Assembly (NCBI GenBank): GCA_964450405.1
Contig: CAYVCQ010000019.1
Coordinates: 30,558 to 94,557, forward strand
Reading direction: 5' to 3'
Origin: an uncultured Leptospirales bacterium
Lineage (GTDB): Bacteria; Spirochaetota; UBA4802; UBA5550
Length of the DNA: 64,000 bases
Of this stretch, positions 1 to 10,007 are shown one piece after another (positions within the stretch are counted from its first letter, which is position 1; the number at the start of each line of letters is the position of its first letter). A program made the position numbers and the translations under genes. The notes below the pieces were generated by a model, which ran no database searches, was not told the origin of the DNA, and saw only the letters and a list, made by a program, of their open reading frames with translations.

Positions 1-88
1 TTGTCACTCTTTTTCCCGCACGATACGGATGTTAGTATAACCGCTGTGATTGATAATGCTGTAACAATATTTTTCATTTTATATCTCC

Positions 89-1060
89 TCATGGAATCCA
101 GTCAGGTTCCTTGTTCTGATTTCCGTCTGTTGTAACATAGGCCGATTTTCCCGTGGCAATTTCCGCAATACAGATGTTCCATCCCTTTGCTGTTCCGCCC
201 ACATGCTGCTCACCGTCAGGACCGAAAGAGAAAGCAATATATTTACCGTCCGGGGACCAGTCGAGGTGATAAACTTCATATCCTTTTGTAACCTGGAGGA
301 ATGGAATCTTATCTTTGTCTGCAACAGGAATTGCTCTGTTCATGTAAATTTTTGCTATGTTAAACTCATAATCCGTTCTCCCCCAGCCGATGGTGCTTCC
401 ATCAGGTGAAAATTCAGGTCTGCAGCCCGTGATGTTGAGTTTAAAAAATCTTGAACTGTTTACTTCAATGCCGATATTTGTATGCTTAAGACCCATTCCT
501 CCAAGAACCGTTGCTGTTATATATTTTCCGTCAGGGGACCAGCAGAGGGCATATAAATGCTGAAGGGTTTTATTTGCATGTTCGCGAATCTGTCCGTTGG
601 ATTTATCGTAAAAATAGAGCCCCTTTGTGGACCAGCTGTCCATTGAAAATCTTCTTGTGGACTCGGATTTAACAAATGCAATATATCTTCCATCCGGGGA
701 CCAGCACTGCTCCCGGGAGTCTTTTGATAAAAGTGTTCTTCCTGAGCCGTCGATGTTCATTACGTAGAGATCGCGTTTCCTGTTTCTACCTTCTCCGGTA
801 TCCTCTAAATAGCTGATTTTTTTTCCGTCAGGGGAGACATGAGGATACATCTCATGAATATCCGGGGTATTTGTAAGTTTCTTCTTTCCGGTGCCGTCAG
901 CATTGATTACGCAGATGTCAAAACTGGTTTTGTCAAATGTTTCATAGACAAGTCTGTATTTGATTGCCGAAAGATTTACTGCAGGAGCGTTATCCTGCCC
1001 GGCGTAAAGAACTGAAACAGTCAGCACTATTACAGTAATAATAGTATATATTTTTTTCAT
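89..1060 (-). CDS. Secreted TolB-like/PD40 beta-propeller protein
   Basis: Signal peptide; repeated WSPDG/SPDGK motifs; C-terminal EPDW. Confidence 0.85.
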   Translation of the reverse strand: MKKIYTIITVIVLTVSVLYAGQDNAPAVNLSAIKYRLVYETFDKTSFDICVINADGTGKKKLTNTPDIHEMYPHVSPDGKKISYLEDTGEGRNRKRDLYVMNIDGSGRTLLSKDSREQCWSPDGRYIAFVKSESTRRFSMDSWSTKGLYFYDKSNGQIREHANKTLQHLYALCWSPDGKYITATVLGGMGLKHTNIGIEVNSSRFFKLNITGCRPEFSPDGSTIGWGRTDYEFNIAKIYMNRAIPVADKDKIPFLQVTKGYEVYHLDWSPDGKYIAFSFGPDGEQHVGGTAKGWNICIAEIATGKSAYVTTDGNQNKEPDWIP

Positions 1061-1209
1061 AATTTCCTCTAAAATAAGATTGGACTAAGACACATATCAA
1101 TATTTTTTTTTAAATCTAATTTTCAACACTTTTTTTTAAAAGAGAAGAATTATAAGAAGGTTGGGGATTTTTCTCTGATGTTTTTCATAATGGACACATT
1201 TTGAAAATC

Positions 1210-2067
1210 TTAAAAAAAACGAACTAAATCTTTTTGGGAATATTTATTTAAATTTTCCTTCAATTTTTCTATACTGAAAGTTTTGCCATGTGCCGGTATT
1301 ATATATTGTACTTTCATAGAAATTACTTTTTCCCATGATTTATAAACTTCCGCTACATCTTCATTGAATAGAGTGAGATTTCCTGCCCCGGCCCAGTTCA
1401 GAAAGTTAGAGGCCAGATCGCCGCATAAAAGATACTTTCCGTTTAGCAGCAGTGAGATTGAATCTGTCGAATGACCCGGTGTAAAAATAATTGTTCCCTC
1501 TATTCCAGTTTCAAGCGGAAGGGGGCTCAGCTCATTATGAATTATAATATCCCGGGGACCGATTCTGAAAGGTGGAAAAGTCAGAGTCCAGTCCGGAGTA
1601 ATGATCTGCTTAATTCTGAACAACGAATAGATTAAAGGGTTTATGATACCGCCGCCATTGGATTTGTTATTTTTACCCGATGCAAGCAGGTCGACTCCCT
1701 TTTCATGAATAATTATTTTTACCGCGGGATTTGCCTGAGTCAGTTGTGTAATAAAACCGGAATGATCATCGTGGTGATGGGAAAGAAGTATATACCTGAT
1801 TGAGCCTGCACTGATATTTTTCTTTGCCAGTATATTTTTAAAATTGTTAAAGTCTTTTTCATAGCCCGTATCAAAGAGCAGGTAACCGTTTGGAATTTTT
1901 ATTAAATATGCGGTAACTAATTCCTGTTCAACGGGAATAATATTATCGGGCAGATCTGCAAGTTGAGAATGATCGGAGTAGTATATGTAAGAAGCTGTAA
2001 ATATTATAATCAATAGAACTGAAAAAAAGATCAGCAATTTTTTTCTATTTTCCATATGCGTCTCCAA
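1210..2067 (-). CDS. MBL-fold metallo-hydrolase with N-terminal membrane anchor
   Basis: LFDTG, SHHHDDH (HxHxDH), TPGH, GD and PAHG motifs. Confidence 0.85.
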   Translation of the reverse strand: METHMENRKKLLIFFSVLLIIIFTASYIYYSDHSQLADLPDNIIPVEQELVTAYLIKIPNGYLLFDTGYEKDFNNFKNILAKKNISAGSIRYILLSHHHDDHSGFITQLTQANPAVKIIIHEKGVDLLASGKNNKSNGGGIINPLIYSLFRIKQIITPDWTLTFPPFRIGPRDIIIHNELSPLPLETGIEGTIIFTPGHSTDSISLLLNGKYLLCGDLASNFLNWAGAGNLTLFNEDVAEVYKSWEKVISMKVQYIIPAHGKTFSIEKLKENLNKYSQKDLVRFF

Positions 2068-2111
2068 TGATTAAAAAATTTAAATAGAGATTATTTAGTT
2101 TTACACGGACT

Positions 2112-2501
2112 TCATCTCTCAAAACTAATCCATATTTTTAGTATAATAAATGTAAATAAAGTCATCCAGATTAAAATAAAAGTGAATGCAAAAATCCAGT
2201 TCTTTTTTAATTCCAAAGGCTCATTCTCCGACCTCACTCTTGACTCGTCAATAATATCTTTCGGAATAAGTTTTATTGAAAGTAAAATTAATGCCGGAAT
2301 GATAATGAGATCATCGAGATATCCTAAGATAGGAATAAAATCAGGTATAAGGTCAATCGGGCTCAGTGCATATCCCAGTGTAAAAAGAATGATAAGTTTA
2401 GGCAGTAGTTTTGTCCCTGGATTCTGATAAGCATAATAAATCAGAGTGACCCCTTTTCTGATATTTTCTGCTCTTGCTTTTAAGTTTTCTATTACTTTCA
2501 T
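2112..2501 (-). CDS. YkvA/DUF1232 family membrane protein
   Basis: YALSPIDLIPDFIPILGYLDD signature; start moved to the ATG at 2501 to avoid overlap with the upstream gene. Confidence 0.85.
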   Translation of the reverse strand: MKVIENLKARAENIRKGVTLIYYAYQNPGTKLLPKLIILFTLGYALSPIDLIPDFIPILGYLDDLIIIPALILLSIKLIPKDIIDESRVRSENEPLELKKNWIFAFTFILIWMTLFTFIILKIWISFER

Positions 2502-2529
2502 TTTTTTTGTTATGAATTTTTTCAGAGTT

Positions 2530-3243
2530 TTAATTCCTACCGGAAGATCCTTTGCCTTTCGGACAGATAACTCTGCATTCAAAACAGGTATAAATAAAAT
2601 ATCCTTTGTCAGTAGTTAAACATGAATTGCCTCTACATAGTTTCTGATTTACAGAACCGTTGCTGATTGCATTAACAGCACAGTTTTTTTCGCAAAGACT
2701 GCAGCCCTCAATGCATACCGGATCATTGTCAATACTATCTGCGGTGATGATTTGATCAATCAGCACTGCTCCGAGAACAATCCTGTTGCCGAACATTTTA
2801 TTAGTCAGCAGGGAATTTTTACCAATAGTTCCCAAACCGGCTAATCGACCGGAATGCTTTAATGATAGTATTCCCCGGCCGGTTTTATTCTCTTCATCCC
2901 AGTATTCGTACGGTTCGCCCGGGATGGGAATACTATTAATATTATAATTTCTTTCAAGTTCGATGCTCATCGAGATTGAAATTTTGACTATTTCATCCAG
3001 TAATTTGTCATTGGTAACGGTATATGGAATTTTGCTGTTGCCGAGAAAAACACCTTCAGGCATTTTTATTGCGATTACAGCTACTGTTCTGCATTCGGGA
3101 AAAATATTCAGAGGGTGAAAACCTTTCGGAGCGTCCTTAAACGAATCAACCGACGCCAGTCCGCATAAATCTGCACCGAAGTTGTAAGCAATCTGCTTTA
3201 CCTGTTCATTTGAAATAATTATATTATTGTTCATAGATACCAT
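2530..3243 (-). CDS. Epoxyqueuosine reductase (QueG)-like 4Fe-4S protein
   Basis: GADLCG, KH..RLAGLGTIGKNSLL..FG, CxxCxxCxxxC and CxxCxxxCP clusters. Confidence 0.75.
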   Translation of the reverse strand: MVSMNNNIIISNEQVKQIAYNFGADLCGLASVDSFKDAPKGFHPLNIFPECRTVAVIAIKMPEGVFLGNSKIPYTVTNDKLLDEIVKISISMSIELERNYNINSIPIPGEPYEYWDEENKTGRGILSLKHSGRLAGLGTIGKNSLLTNKMFGNRIVLGAVLIDQIITADSIDNDPVCIEGCSLCEKNCAVNAISNGSVNQKLCRGNSCLTTDKGYFIYTCFECRVICPKGKGSSGRN

Positions 3244-3287
3244 ATATAAATAAAAATTTATTATTCAATTTTGGCACGCTCAAAAGT

Positions 3288-3581
3288 TTACTTCATCTCA
3301 ACATATTCAAAAGAACTTCTTGTGTAAGGAGCTTCCATCATCTCGACGGTGTTCTCTTTCCATCTTTTGTAGTGAGCTGTCTCACGGTGTTTATTCTGAT
3401 CTTCAACTGAGTGAAACATCTCGAATAAAACAAATTTATTCTCTGCGTCGAGATCTTTAAAAAACTCAAAACGTTTTACTCCCGGTTCTTTAACACTGTT
3501 GGAAACATTGTCATTGGTGAATTTTATGAAATCTCCAATGCATTCTTTTTTTATTGTAAGATAGATTTGTACAATTACCAT
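3288..3581 (-). CDS. Antibiotic biosynthesis monooxygenase (ABM/LsrG-like) protein
   Basis: EPG..RF, HRETAHYKRW motif, 97 aa; AAGGAG SD. Confidence 0.8.
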   Translation of the reverse strand: MVIVQIYLTIKKECIGDFIKFTNDNVSNSVKEPGVKRFEFFKDLDAENKFVLFEMFHSVEDQNKHRETAHYKRWKENTVEMMEAPYTRSSFEYVEMK

Positions 3582-3662
3582 TTTTTTTCTCCTTAAGAAT
3601 TATTTTAGTTATAGTTATACTGTCTTCGAAATATGGCACTGAATGCCTGGTGATTTGAAGAT

Positions 3663-3980
3663 TTATATTATTTGAATACCGGTTTTAATAATCTCGTTTG
3701 CTAGCGGATTTGCTTCTGTAAAATCTTCTCTACTAAATGGAATAACTTCAATCATAGTTGATACGTGGCGGGTGCAAGCACGTATTTTGTCTCTGTCTTT
3801 TATTCTGTTCCCTGTAAATATTTCTGAGATAAGCGCAATATCTATATCACTCCATTCGTTCGAAGTTCCTTTTGAATAACTGCCAAAAAGAAATGCCTTG
3901 TCAATTTTAATATGGTGTTCATTTAAAGAAGATATATAATTATCAATTATGGATTTAATTGTGTCCGGGATTTTATCCAT
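3663..3980 (-). CDS. Minimal nucleotidyltransferase (MNT), putative antitoxin
   Basis: LFGSYSKG...WSDID motif; overlaps the HEPN gene. Confidence 0.85.
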   Translation of the reverse strand: MDKIPDTIKSIIDNYISSLNEHHIKIDKAFLFGSYSKGTSNEWSDIDIALISEIFTGNRIKDRDKIRACTRHVSTMIEVIPFSREDFTEANPLANEIIKTGIQII

Positions 3981-4348
3981 ATAAAAAGCTCCTTGATTTT
4001 ATGAAAATATTCACTTGTAAATTCTTTTGTGCAGACCTCATAAAATGAAAATTTGTAATCGGGATAGCGTGCGTCAATATTAAAATCATTTATCCGGTCA
4101 AGCAGGTCAATCTGCTCCTCCGTTGCAACGATTCCAGATAATTCAGCCAGACGGGTGAGGTTGTGAATTTTAGGAGGAATGGAATTATTATGTTTCAAAA
4201 CATAGAAGGCTTTTAATCCCTTTTCTATAACTATATGACAAATGAATAAGCACCAGTCATATTTTCCTGAAATAAAAAGAGTTTCTGCGGTCTCAAGATC
4301 ATGCTCGGCACTTTCAATCCAGTAATTGATATGTTCCTTCGTATTCAT
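3947..4348 (-). CDS. HEPN domain protein, putative toxin partner of MNT
   Basis: A..DL..A, EK.LKA, PPKIHNL and ARYPD motifs. Confidence 0.85.
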   Translation of the reverse strand: MNTKEHINYWIESAEHDLETAETLFISGKYDWCLFICHIVIEKGLKAFYVLKHNNSIPPKIHNLTRLAELSGIVATEEQIDLLDRINDFNIDARYPDYKFSFYEVCTKEFTSEYFHKIKELFIWIKSRTQLNP

Positions 4349-4469
4349 GGTTTGATTTTTAATAAATTTGGGTAGATTGTCAAATTAATTATTGTTTTAT
4401 GTTTAATTATTCAGGTTCTCGGGCTCATAGATTTAAAGTGAAAACAGCCGGAGCACATTGATAATTAAC

Positions 4470-4502
4470 TTGACATATTACTTCAGTTGCAAATAGTTTG
4501 CA
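4470..4502 (+). promoter_or_regulatory. Sigma70 promoter overlapped by a palindromic Zur/Fur-type operator
   Basis: TTGACA at 4470-4475; TAGTTT at 4494-4499; perfect inverted repeat TGCAAA-TAG-TTTGCA at 4488-4502 directly upstream of the Fur-family gene. Confidence 0.65.
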
Positions 4503-4528
4503 CTTGGACTTTTATTATCCGGGGCGTT

Positions 4529-4945
4529 ATGAAAGAATATACATCACAATTACTTCTTGGCGAAAAAAGAATTAAAGTAACTAAACAGAGAGTTACTGTT
4601 CTTAATCATATACTCTCGCGGGATTCATCTTTCTGCGCCAATGATCTTTTCGATGAACTTAAAGGGAAGATGGATCTTGTTACCATTTACCGCAATCTGC
4701 TTATGCTATGCAGAGAGGGCATTCTCCGAGAGGTAATGAATAAAAGCGGGAGACAGTATTTTGAATTATCCTCACCGCAAAATCCTGTCCATCCGCATTT
4801 CTACTGCAGCGCATGCAGGAAAATTTTCTGTTTAAAAACAAAAAGTAATTCTTCAGTATCAAAAAAGATTAATACCGGAGATAATTTTATTATTCATGAA
4901 ACTGTTCTGCAGTACAGCGGTATATGTCCGGCATGTCAGCGATAG
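4529..4945 (+). CDS. zur: Fur-family regulator, probably Zur
   Basis: TKQR, TIYRNL, HPHFYCSAC and C-terminal CPAC; heads a znuACB operon; ATG at 4529 preferred. Confidence 0.75.
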   Translation: MKEYTSQLLLGEKRIKVTKQRVTVLNHILSRDSSFCANDLFDELKGKMDLVTIYRNLLMLCREGILREVMNKSGRQYFELSSPQNPVHPHFYCSACRKIFCLKTKSNSSVSKKINTGDNFIIHETVLQYSGICPACQR

Positions 4946-4968
4946 TGTTGTAGCAGTAGATTCTTAAA

Positions 4969-4999
4969 CCCCCTTTACTAAGGGGGGCAGGGGGGATTT
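4969..4999. repeat. Palindromic REP-like repeat, family A
   Basis: CCCCCTTTACTAAGGGGGGCAGGGGGGATTT; near-identical to 26019-26049 and 27402-27433. Confidence 0.8.
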
Positions 5000-5013
5000 A
5001 AATTAATTCCAAG

Positions 5014-5904
5014 GTGGGAGTTTTGAAGAAAAATAAACTGATCTCGTTAATGATAATCCTGATTGTTATCTCTGCAGGATGTAAAAAAGAAACACCATCT
5101 GCTGCAGTAAATGAATTTCTCATAGTTGCGTCTTTTTATCCTGTGTATATTATCGCATTGAATGTTGCCGGCGGTATCGATGGAGTGAGAGTTGTGAACA
5201 TGACACCGCCGGTTACCGGATGTCTCCACGATTACAGTGTAACAGCATCCGACATGAAAAATCTTGAGAATGCCGATATATTCATAAGTAATGGTGCAGG
5301 AATGGAATCGTTTATGGATAAAATTGCAGGAAAATACCCCGGACTGAAGACTGCAGAATTATCCAGGGGGATTTCTCTGATAAAAAATAACGGAACTGAA
5401 AATCCTCATATATGGCTTAGTGTGGTTAACTCAATCGCGATGACTGAAAACTGTGCGAAGGTGTTGTCCGATGCTGATAAAAAAAATGCAGATCAGTATA
5501 AAAAAAATGCCTCAGAATATATAAAACAGCTGAATTCACTAAGGCTGGAGATGAAAGCAGAACTTGAAAAATACGCCGGGAAGAAAATTATAACTTTCCA
5601 TGAAGCTTTTCCGTATTTTGCAAAGGAGAATAATTTAGACGTTGCAGCGGTAATTGAACGTGAACCGGGGAGTGAACCTTCAGCGAGGGAGCTTGCAGAT
5701 ACAATAAATTATATCCGTAAATTAAAAATTAAAACTTTATTTGCCGAGCCTCAGTATCCTTCATCATCTGCCGATGTAATAGCCCGTGAAACCGGGGGAA
5801 AGGTTTATATGCTTGACCCTGCGGTTACCGGTGAAGATAATAAAGGGGCATATATAAACATAATGAAAAAAAATCTGTCAGTGCTGGCTGGTGCATTCAA
5901 ATGA
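5014..5904 (+). CDS. znuA: Metal (Zn/Mn) ABC transporter substrate-binding lipoprotein
   Basis: Lipobox SAGC; GCLHDY, NPHIW and FHEAFPYFA motifs. Confidence 0.85.
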   Translation: MGVLKKNKLISLMIILIVISAGCKKETPSAAVNEFLIVASFYPVYIIALNVAGGIDGVRVVNMTPPVTGCLHDYSVTASDMKNLENADIFISNGAGMESFMDKIAGKYPGLKTAELSRGISLIKNNGTENPHIWLSVVNSIAMTENCAKVLSDADKKNADQYKKNASEYIKQLNSLRLEMKAELEKYAGKKIITFHEAFPYFAKENNLDVAAVIEREPGSEPSARELADTINYIRKLKIKTLFAEPQYPSSSADVIARETGGKVYMLDPAVTGEDNKGAYINIMKKNLSVLAGAFK

Positions 5905-6707
5905 AAAATAACGGCAGGCATAAATGCAGTATGGATGGAACATGCGATCAGTGCGCTACATATATTGAAGGTGTGTCTGTAAACTATAACGGTGTTAAAG
6001 CTGTTGACAATATCGACTTCAGATTTTCATGCGGGGAACTTACGGCAATTATCGGTCCTAACGGCGGAGGGAAGAGTTCTATATTAAAGGCAATTCTTGG
6101 TGAAGTTGAGTACAGGGGAAGTATAGGTTTCTGCTCTACCTCGGGCAATGGTGCCAGGCCGCGAATAGGATATGTTCCGCAAAAGGTGTCAATTCAGCCC
6201 GATTCTCCAATCAGTGTGCTGGACCTGATGCTCCTTTCTCAAGGGTATCTCGGTGCATGGCTGCATGTCTCAAGGAAAAAGAAAAAAGAGATGATAGATC
6301 TTCTTGCAATTGTATCTGCGGATAATCTTGCAGAGAGAAGAGTGGGAGAACTTTCCGGAGGGGAGCTTCAGAGAGTTCTTCTTGCATGTTCGCTCAATCC
6401 TCTCCCTGATCTGCTTCTCCTGGATGAGCCTGTATCTGCGGTCGATGTAAAGGGGATGGAGTCGTTCTATGAAATTATCTGTAATCTCAGGAAGGTTTTT
6501 CATATGTCAATAGTTCTTGTGACGCACGATATCGGTGCAATTGCTCCACACGCGGATAAAATGATTCTGATAAATAAAAAAATATATGCAATGGGTGATC
6601 CCATGCACGTTCTAAAACACCCGGAGTTTAGAAAACAGATGGGGAGTGTTTATCCTTTTTTTACTAAAGTACTAAAAGATACTCACTCGTCCGGTGTCAG
6701 GTTATGA
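5901..6707 (+). CDS. znuC: Metal ABC transporter ATP-binding protein
   Basis: GPNGGGKS, IGYVPQ, LSGGE, LLLDEP, VTHD. Confidence 0.85.
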   Translation: MKNNGRHKCSMDGTCDQCATYIEGVSVNYNGVKAVDNIDFRFSCGELTAIIGPNGGGKSSILKAILGEVEYRGSIGFCSTSGNGARPRIGYVPQKVSIQPDSPISVLDLMLLSQGYLGAWLHVSRKKKKEMIDLLAIVSADNLAERRVGELSGGELQRVLLACSLNPLPDLLLLDEPVSAVDVKGMESFYEIICNLRKVFHMSIVLVTHDIGAIAPHADKMILINKKIYAMGDPMHVLKHPEFRKQMGSVYPFFTKVLKDTHSSGVRL

Positions 6708-7555
6708 TGGATCTCTGGTATAGAATAATTGAAATGCTTCCATTCTCATGGGTGAACTATGAGTTTATGAAAAACGCGCTGCTGTCGGTAATTATTGTTA
6801 CTCCATGTTTCGGACTTGTGGGGACAATGGTGGTTGGAAACAGAATGGCTTTCTTTTCCGATGTGATAGGGCATTCGGCTCTTACCGGTATTGCAATAGG
6901 GGTGATTATGGGGTTCACCGATGTGCGTCCCGTCATGATTGTATTTGCAGTTATTCTATCTGTTGCTATCAATTTGATTCTGGAGAAAACAAAAGCTTCA
7001 AGCGATACGGTTATCGGTGTTTTCTCCGCTTCGACAGTTGCTCTGGGAGTTGCTCTTCTAAGCCGGGGCGGTTCGTTTAACAAGTACTCTGTATTTCTAA
7101 TCGGGGATATTCTCTCTGTGACACATATGGAAATAGTGTATCTGGTTCTTCTTCTGTTGTCGGTAATTATTTTCTGGATATTCTTCGGGAGCTATCTTGC
7201 TTTGATAAGCGTAGACCCGGCATTGGCATATAATAGAATTATCTCACCCTTTGTCGTGAGAACTCTTTTTTCTGTACTTGTTGCGCTTGTGGTTATTCTC
7301 TCAATCAGATGGGTGGGTCTGCTGATTATAAATTCATTGTTTATACTCCCCGCTGCGTCAGCTAGACTTTTGTCCGGTTCACTTAAGGGATATTATTTCA
7401 GATCGATGTTTATCAGCCTGATATCGGGAGTTTCGGGCCTGATTATATCTTTTTATACAGGAAGTGCCTGCGGAGCATCGATTGTTCTTTGCTCGGCCGC
7501 GATATACATTTTTGTGCTTTTAGTTAAGGGTATAAGACGGGGTGTTCACGGGTGA
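6704..7555 (+). CDS. znuB: Metal ABC transporter permease
   Basis: RMAFFSD.IGHSAL, LIGDIL; multiple TM segments. Confidence 0.85.
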   Translation: MMDLWYRIIEMLPFSWVNYEFMKNALLSVIIVTPCFGLVGTMVVGNRMAFFSDVIGHSALTGIAIGVIMGFTDVRPVMIVFAVILSVAINLILEKTKASSDTVIGVFSASTVALGVALLSRGGSFNKYSVFLIGDILSVTHMEIVYLVLLLLSVIIFWIFFGSYLALISVDPALAYNRIISPFVVRTLFSVLVALVVILSIRWVGLLIINSLFILPAASARLLSGSLKGYYFRSMFISLISGVSGLIISFYTGSACGASIVLCSAAIYIFVLLVKGIRRGVHG

Positions 7556-7560
7556 GGACT

Positions 7561-7686
7561 CCTCCGCCCCTATCCGCCCTCCGGGCACCTTTCCCCATGA
7601 ATGGGGAAAGGGTTATAGAAAGTATAGACCGAAACCTCTCCTCCCATTCATGGGGGAGATGTCACGTAGTTACAGAGTGGGCGGGT
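7561..7686. repeat. Palindromic REP-like doublet, family C
   Basis: 7562-7612 is the reverse complement (few mismatches) of ~53226-53276; internal CCCCATGAATGGGG palindromes. Confidence 0.75.
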
Positions 7687-7787
7687 GAGTTTAATCTTTT
7701 CGATTAATATTCTCTTTTGAACAAAAAAATATTTGAAAAATACAGCACTCATTATGACGTTGTAGCATAAATTACAAGGAGCAGCAC

Positions 7788-9725
7788 ATGCAGCGCAGAT
7801 TTAAAAAATTTTTTTACAGCAATACCGCGGGAGTCGTTAACCTGTTTCTCTGGTCGGGGCTTTTTACTGTTTATCTGCTTTATGACAGGTACAACGGAAG
7901 CATTGACGGAGATTTGACTCTTACCTATATATATTTGTTTACATCAATAATTGTACTCAATGCGGTTCTTTTTTATATATTACGATTTTTATTATCTTTT
8001 TTTAAATATGGTCCCATGGCAGCCTACCTGATTTCAAATATTATGATAACAATGATTTTCTTTGTAAATAATATGGCAGTGATGGTGTATGGCAAACAGC
8101 TCGGTTCCGAGGGTGTGGTCATGGCCTACCGCGGGTGGATTGGCGGAGAGATGGGGGATTTTACATCCAGCGTTATCAAGCTTGTAATCTTTGTAAGTCT
8201 TTACCTGCTTCTGTTTTACGGACTTTATCGTCTGCTGAATAATATTCTATCGGGGAGATCTCTGGAATTCAGTTCATCACTGATCTCTGTAGCTATAATT
8301 TTTCTGCTGGCATTTATACTTCACTTCAGACTTGTCGCTCTTGCAGATACCGATTCAAAAATGAATTTAATGAAGAATAAAATTCCATGGCAGTCCATTA
8401 CCGGTTTTCCGGAAGACCGTTTTAAGGTGGATGAAGACGGAAAAAAAGATAAGACCGTTCCGGGACTATTTGCAAATCCGGATTTTCTAGATGAAAAGAT
8501 GGAACTTGAACAGCTGAAAAAACTAAATCTGGTAAAAGAGAAAATTCTTTCACGGAATATAAATGTCAAGTCGCCGATGAATATACTTTTTATTAACATC
8601 GAAGGTTTGAGAAGCGATATGCTGAATCCTGCAAACATGCCGTTTCTTTACAAATTCGGCACAGAGAGAGGATTCATTCTCAAAAAACACTACACCACGG
8701 GGAATAATACTCCCGGCAGCCTGTACGGTATGCTCACAGGTCTTGCTCCATATTATTTTGAACCGCTAAGAGGGAATAAATTTTTAAATATGCCGCTTGA
8801 AGTATTAAAGAAGGCCGGTTATGTGCAGTCATTCTTTTATAACTCCCCGCTCCAATATGAATATATTCACCGGGATATAATTGAAAAGACACAGAATAAA
8901 TTTTTCAGAGCTCCCGGAACGAAGAATGATGACTACGGCCCGAGGGAGATGATCCTGGTTGATAAACTTATTAACGAACTAAAGAGCGATAGAGGGAACA
9001 GGCGTTTTGATTATTATTTGATGAACGTTACACACTTTAACTACTTCTATCCTGAGGAGTGCAAAAAATATCTTCCGGATTACAACTCGAACTTTACTAT
9101 CATAAGCGGAACCCAGGAGAAATTTAAGAAGGATAGAGTTGAGCTGAAGAACAGATATATGAACGCCGTATGTTACACCGATCAGCTTCTCAGAAAGATT
9201 ATTACCGAGCTGGACAGAATGGGGAGATTAAAAAATACTATTCTTGTTATCTCCGGGGACCATGGCGAGGAGTTCTGGGAGCATGGAAGTTTTGGTCACA
9301 CATGGGGTCTTAATAATATACAGATATCTCCGGCAGCGTTAGTGTATTTTCCGGGCATCAATAAGAACAGTATTAAATATAAATATACCTCGCATCAGGA
9401 TTTTATGCCCACAGTATTTGATCTTATCGGTATCAGCACCGATTGGAGTCTTTTCACTACAGGTAAGTCTCTGGTGAATTACAATGCGGATCTCGATTAC
9501 GCGATTTCATCTCTCGGTATTCTCGTGAGCTTTAAGAGAAACGGCTATGCAATCATGGGTAACGGATACAAGGTGCTTTATAAAAACAATATGGATCTAA
9601 ACAGCTCGCCATATGCTGTTTATGATGATGATGATAAACCACTTGAAAATTTTGACAAAGGGAAAGTTGCAGATCTGATACTTAAAACAAAGAGTTCAAA
9701 GAGACTGGTTGCTCCGAGGATGTAG
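7788..9725 (+). CDS. Membrane-anchored sulfatase/alkaline-phosphatase superfamily protein (YejM/LTA-synthase-like)
   Basis: 5 N-terminal TMs; NIEGLRSD, TGNNT, ISGDHGEEF, GH and TSHQD motifs. Confidence 0.8.
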   Translation: MQRRFKKFFYSNTAGVVNLFLWSGLFTVYLLYDRYNGSIDGDLTLTYIYLFTSIIVLNAVLFYILRFLLSFFKYGPMAAYLISNIMITMIFFVNNMAVMVYGKQLGSEGVVMAYRGWIGGEMGDFTSSVIKLVIFVSLYLLLFYGLYRLLNNILSGRSLEFSSSLISVAIIFLLAFILHFRLVALADTDSKMNLMKNKIPWQSITGFPEDRFKVDEDGKKDKTVPGLFANPDFLDEKMELEQLKKLNLVKEKILSRNINVKSPMNILFINIEGLRSDMLNPANMPFLYKFGTERGFILKKHYTTGNNTPGSLYGMLTGLAPYYFEPLRGNKFLNMPLEVLKKAGYVQSFFYNSPLQYEYIHRDIIEKTQNKFFRAPGTKNDDYGPREMILVDKLINELKSDRGNRRFDYYLMNVTHFNYFYPEECKKYLPDYNSNFTIISGTQEKFKKDRVELKNRYMNAVCYTDQLLRKIITELDRMGRLKNTILVISGDHGEEFWEHGSFGHTWGLNNIQISPAALVYFPGINKNSIKYKYTSHQDFMPTVFDLIGISTDWSLFTTGKSLVNYNADLDYAISSLGILVSFKRNGYAIMGNGYKVLYKNNMDLNSSPYAVYDDDDKPLENFDKGKVADLILKTKSSKRLVAPRM

Positions 9726-9784
9726 TATTGAACAAAAAAATAATCATAACTCTTAATGCATAATCTTAGTTTCCTGACACCCAC

Positions 9785-9950
9785 GGCCCCCTATCCCCCG
9801 GAGGGGGCACCGAGTATATCGGTTATTCCGCAATATATCGATTCCAATACTCATAAGGAATTCATCCCTGTATCTTTCGTATTCTTTTTGTGAATTATAA
9901 ATTCATTAATAATTTCTCTTTTGCGTGCCCCCTCCGGGGGACAGGGGGAT
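9785..9950. repeat. Inverted REP-like doublet, family B
   Basis: GGCCCCCTATCCCCCGGAGGGGGCAC at 9785-9810 and inverted GTGCCCCCTCCGGGGGACAGGGGG at 9925-9948; same family at 13867-13979. Confidence 0.8.
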
Positions 9951-10007
9951 TTTGGGGCTTGGGGTTAAGCCATCAAGTCAGGTGGAGAAACTGGAATAAA
10001 CCACCTC

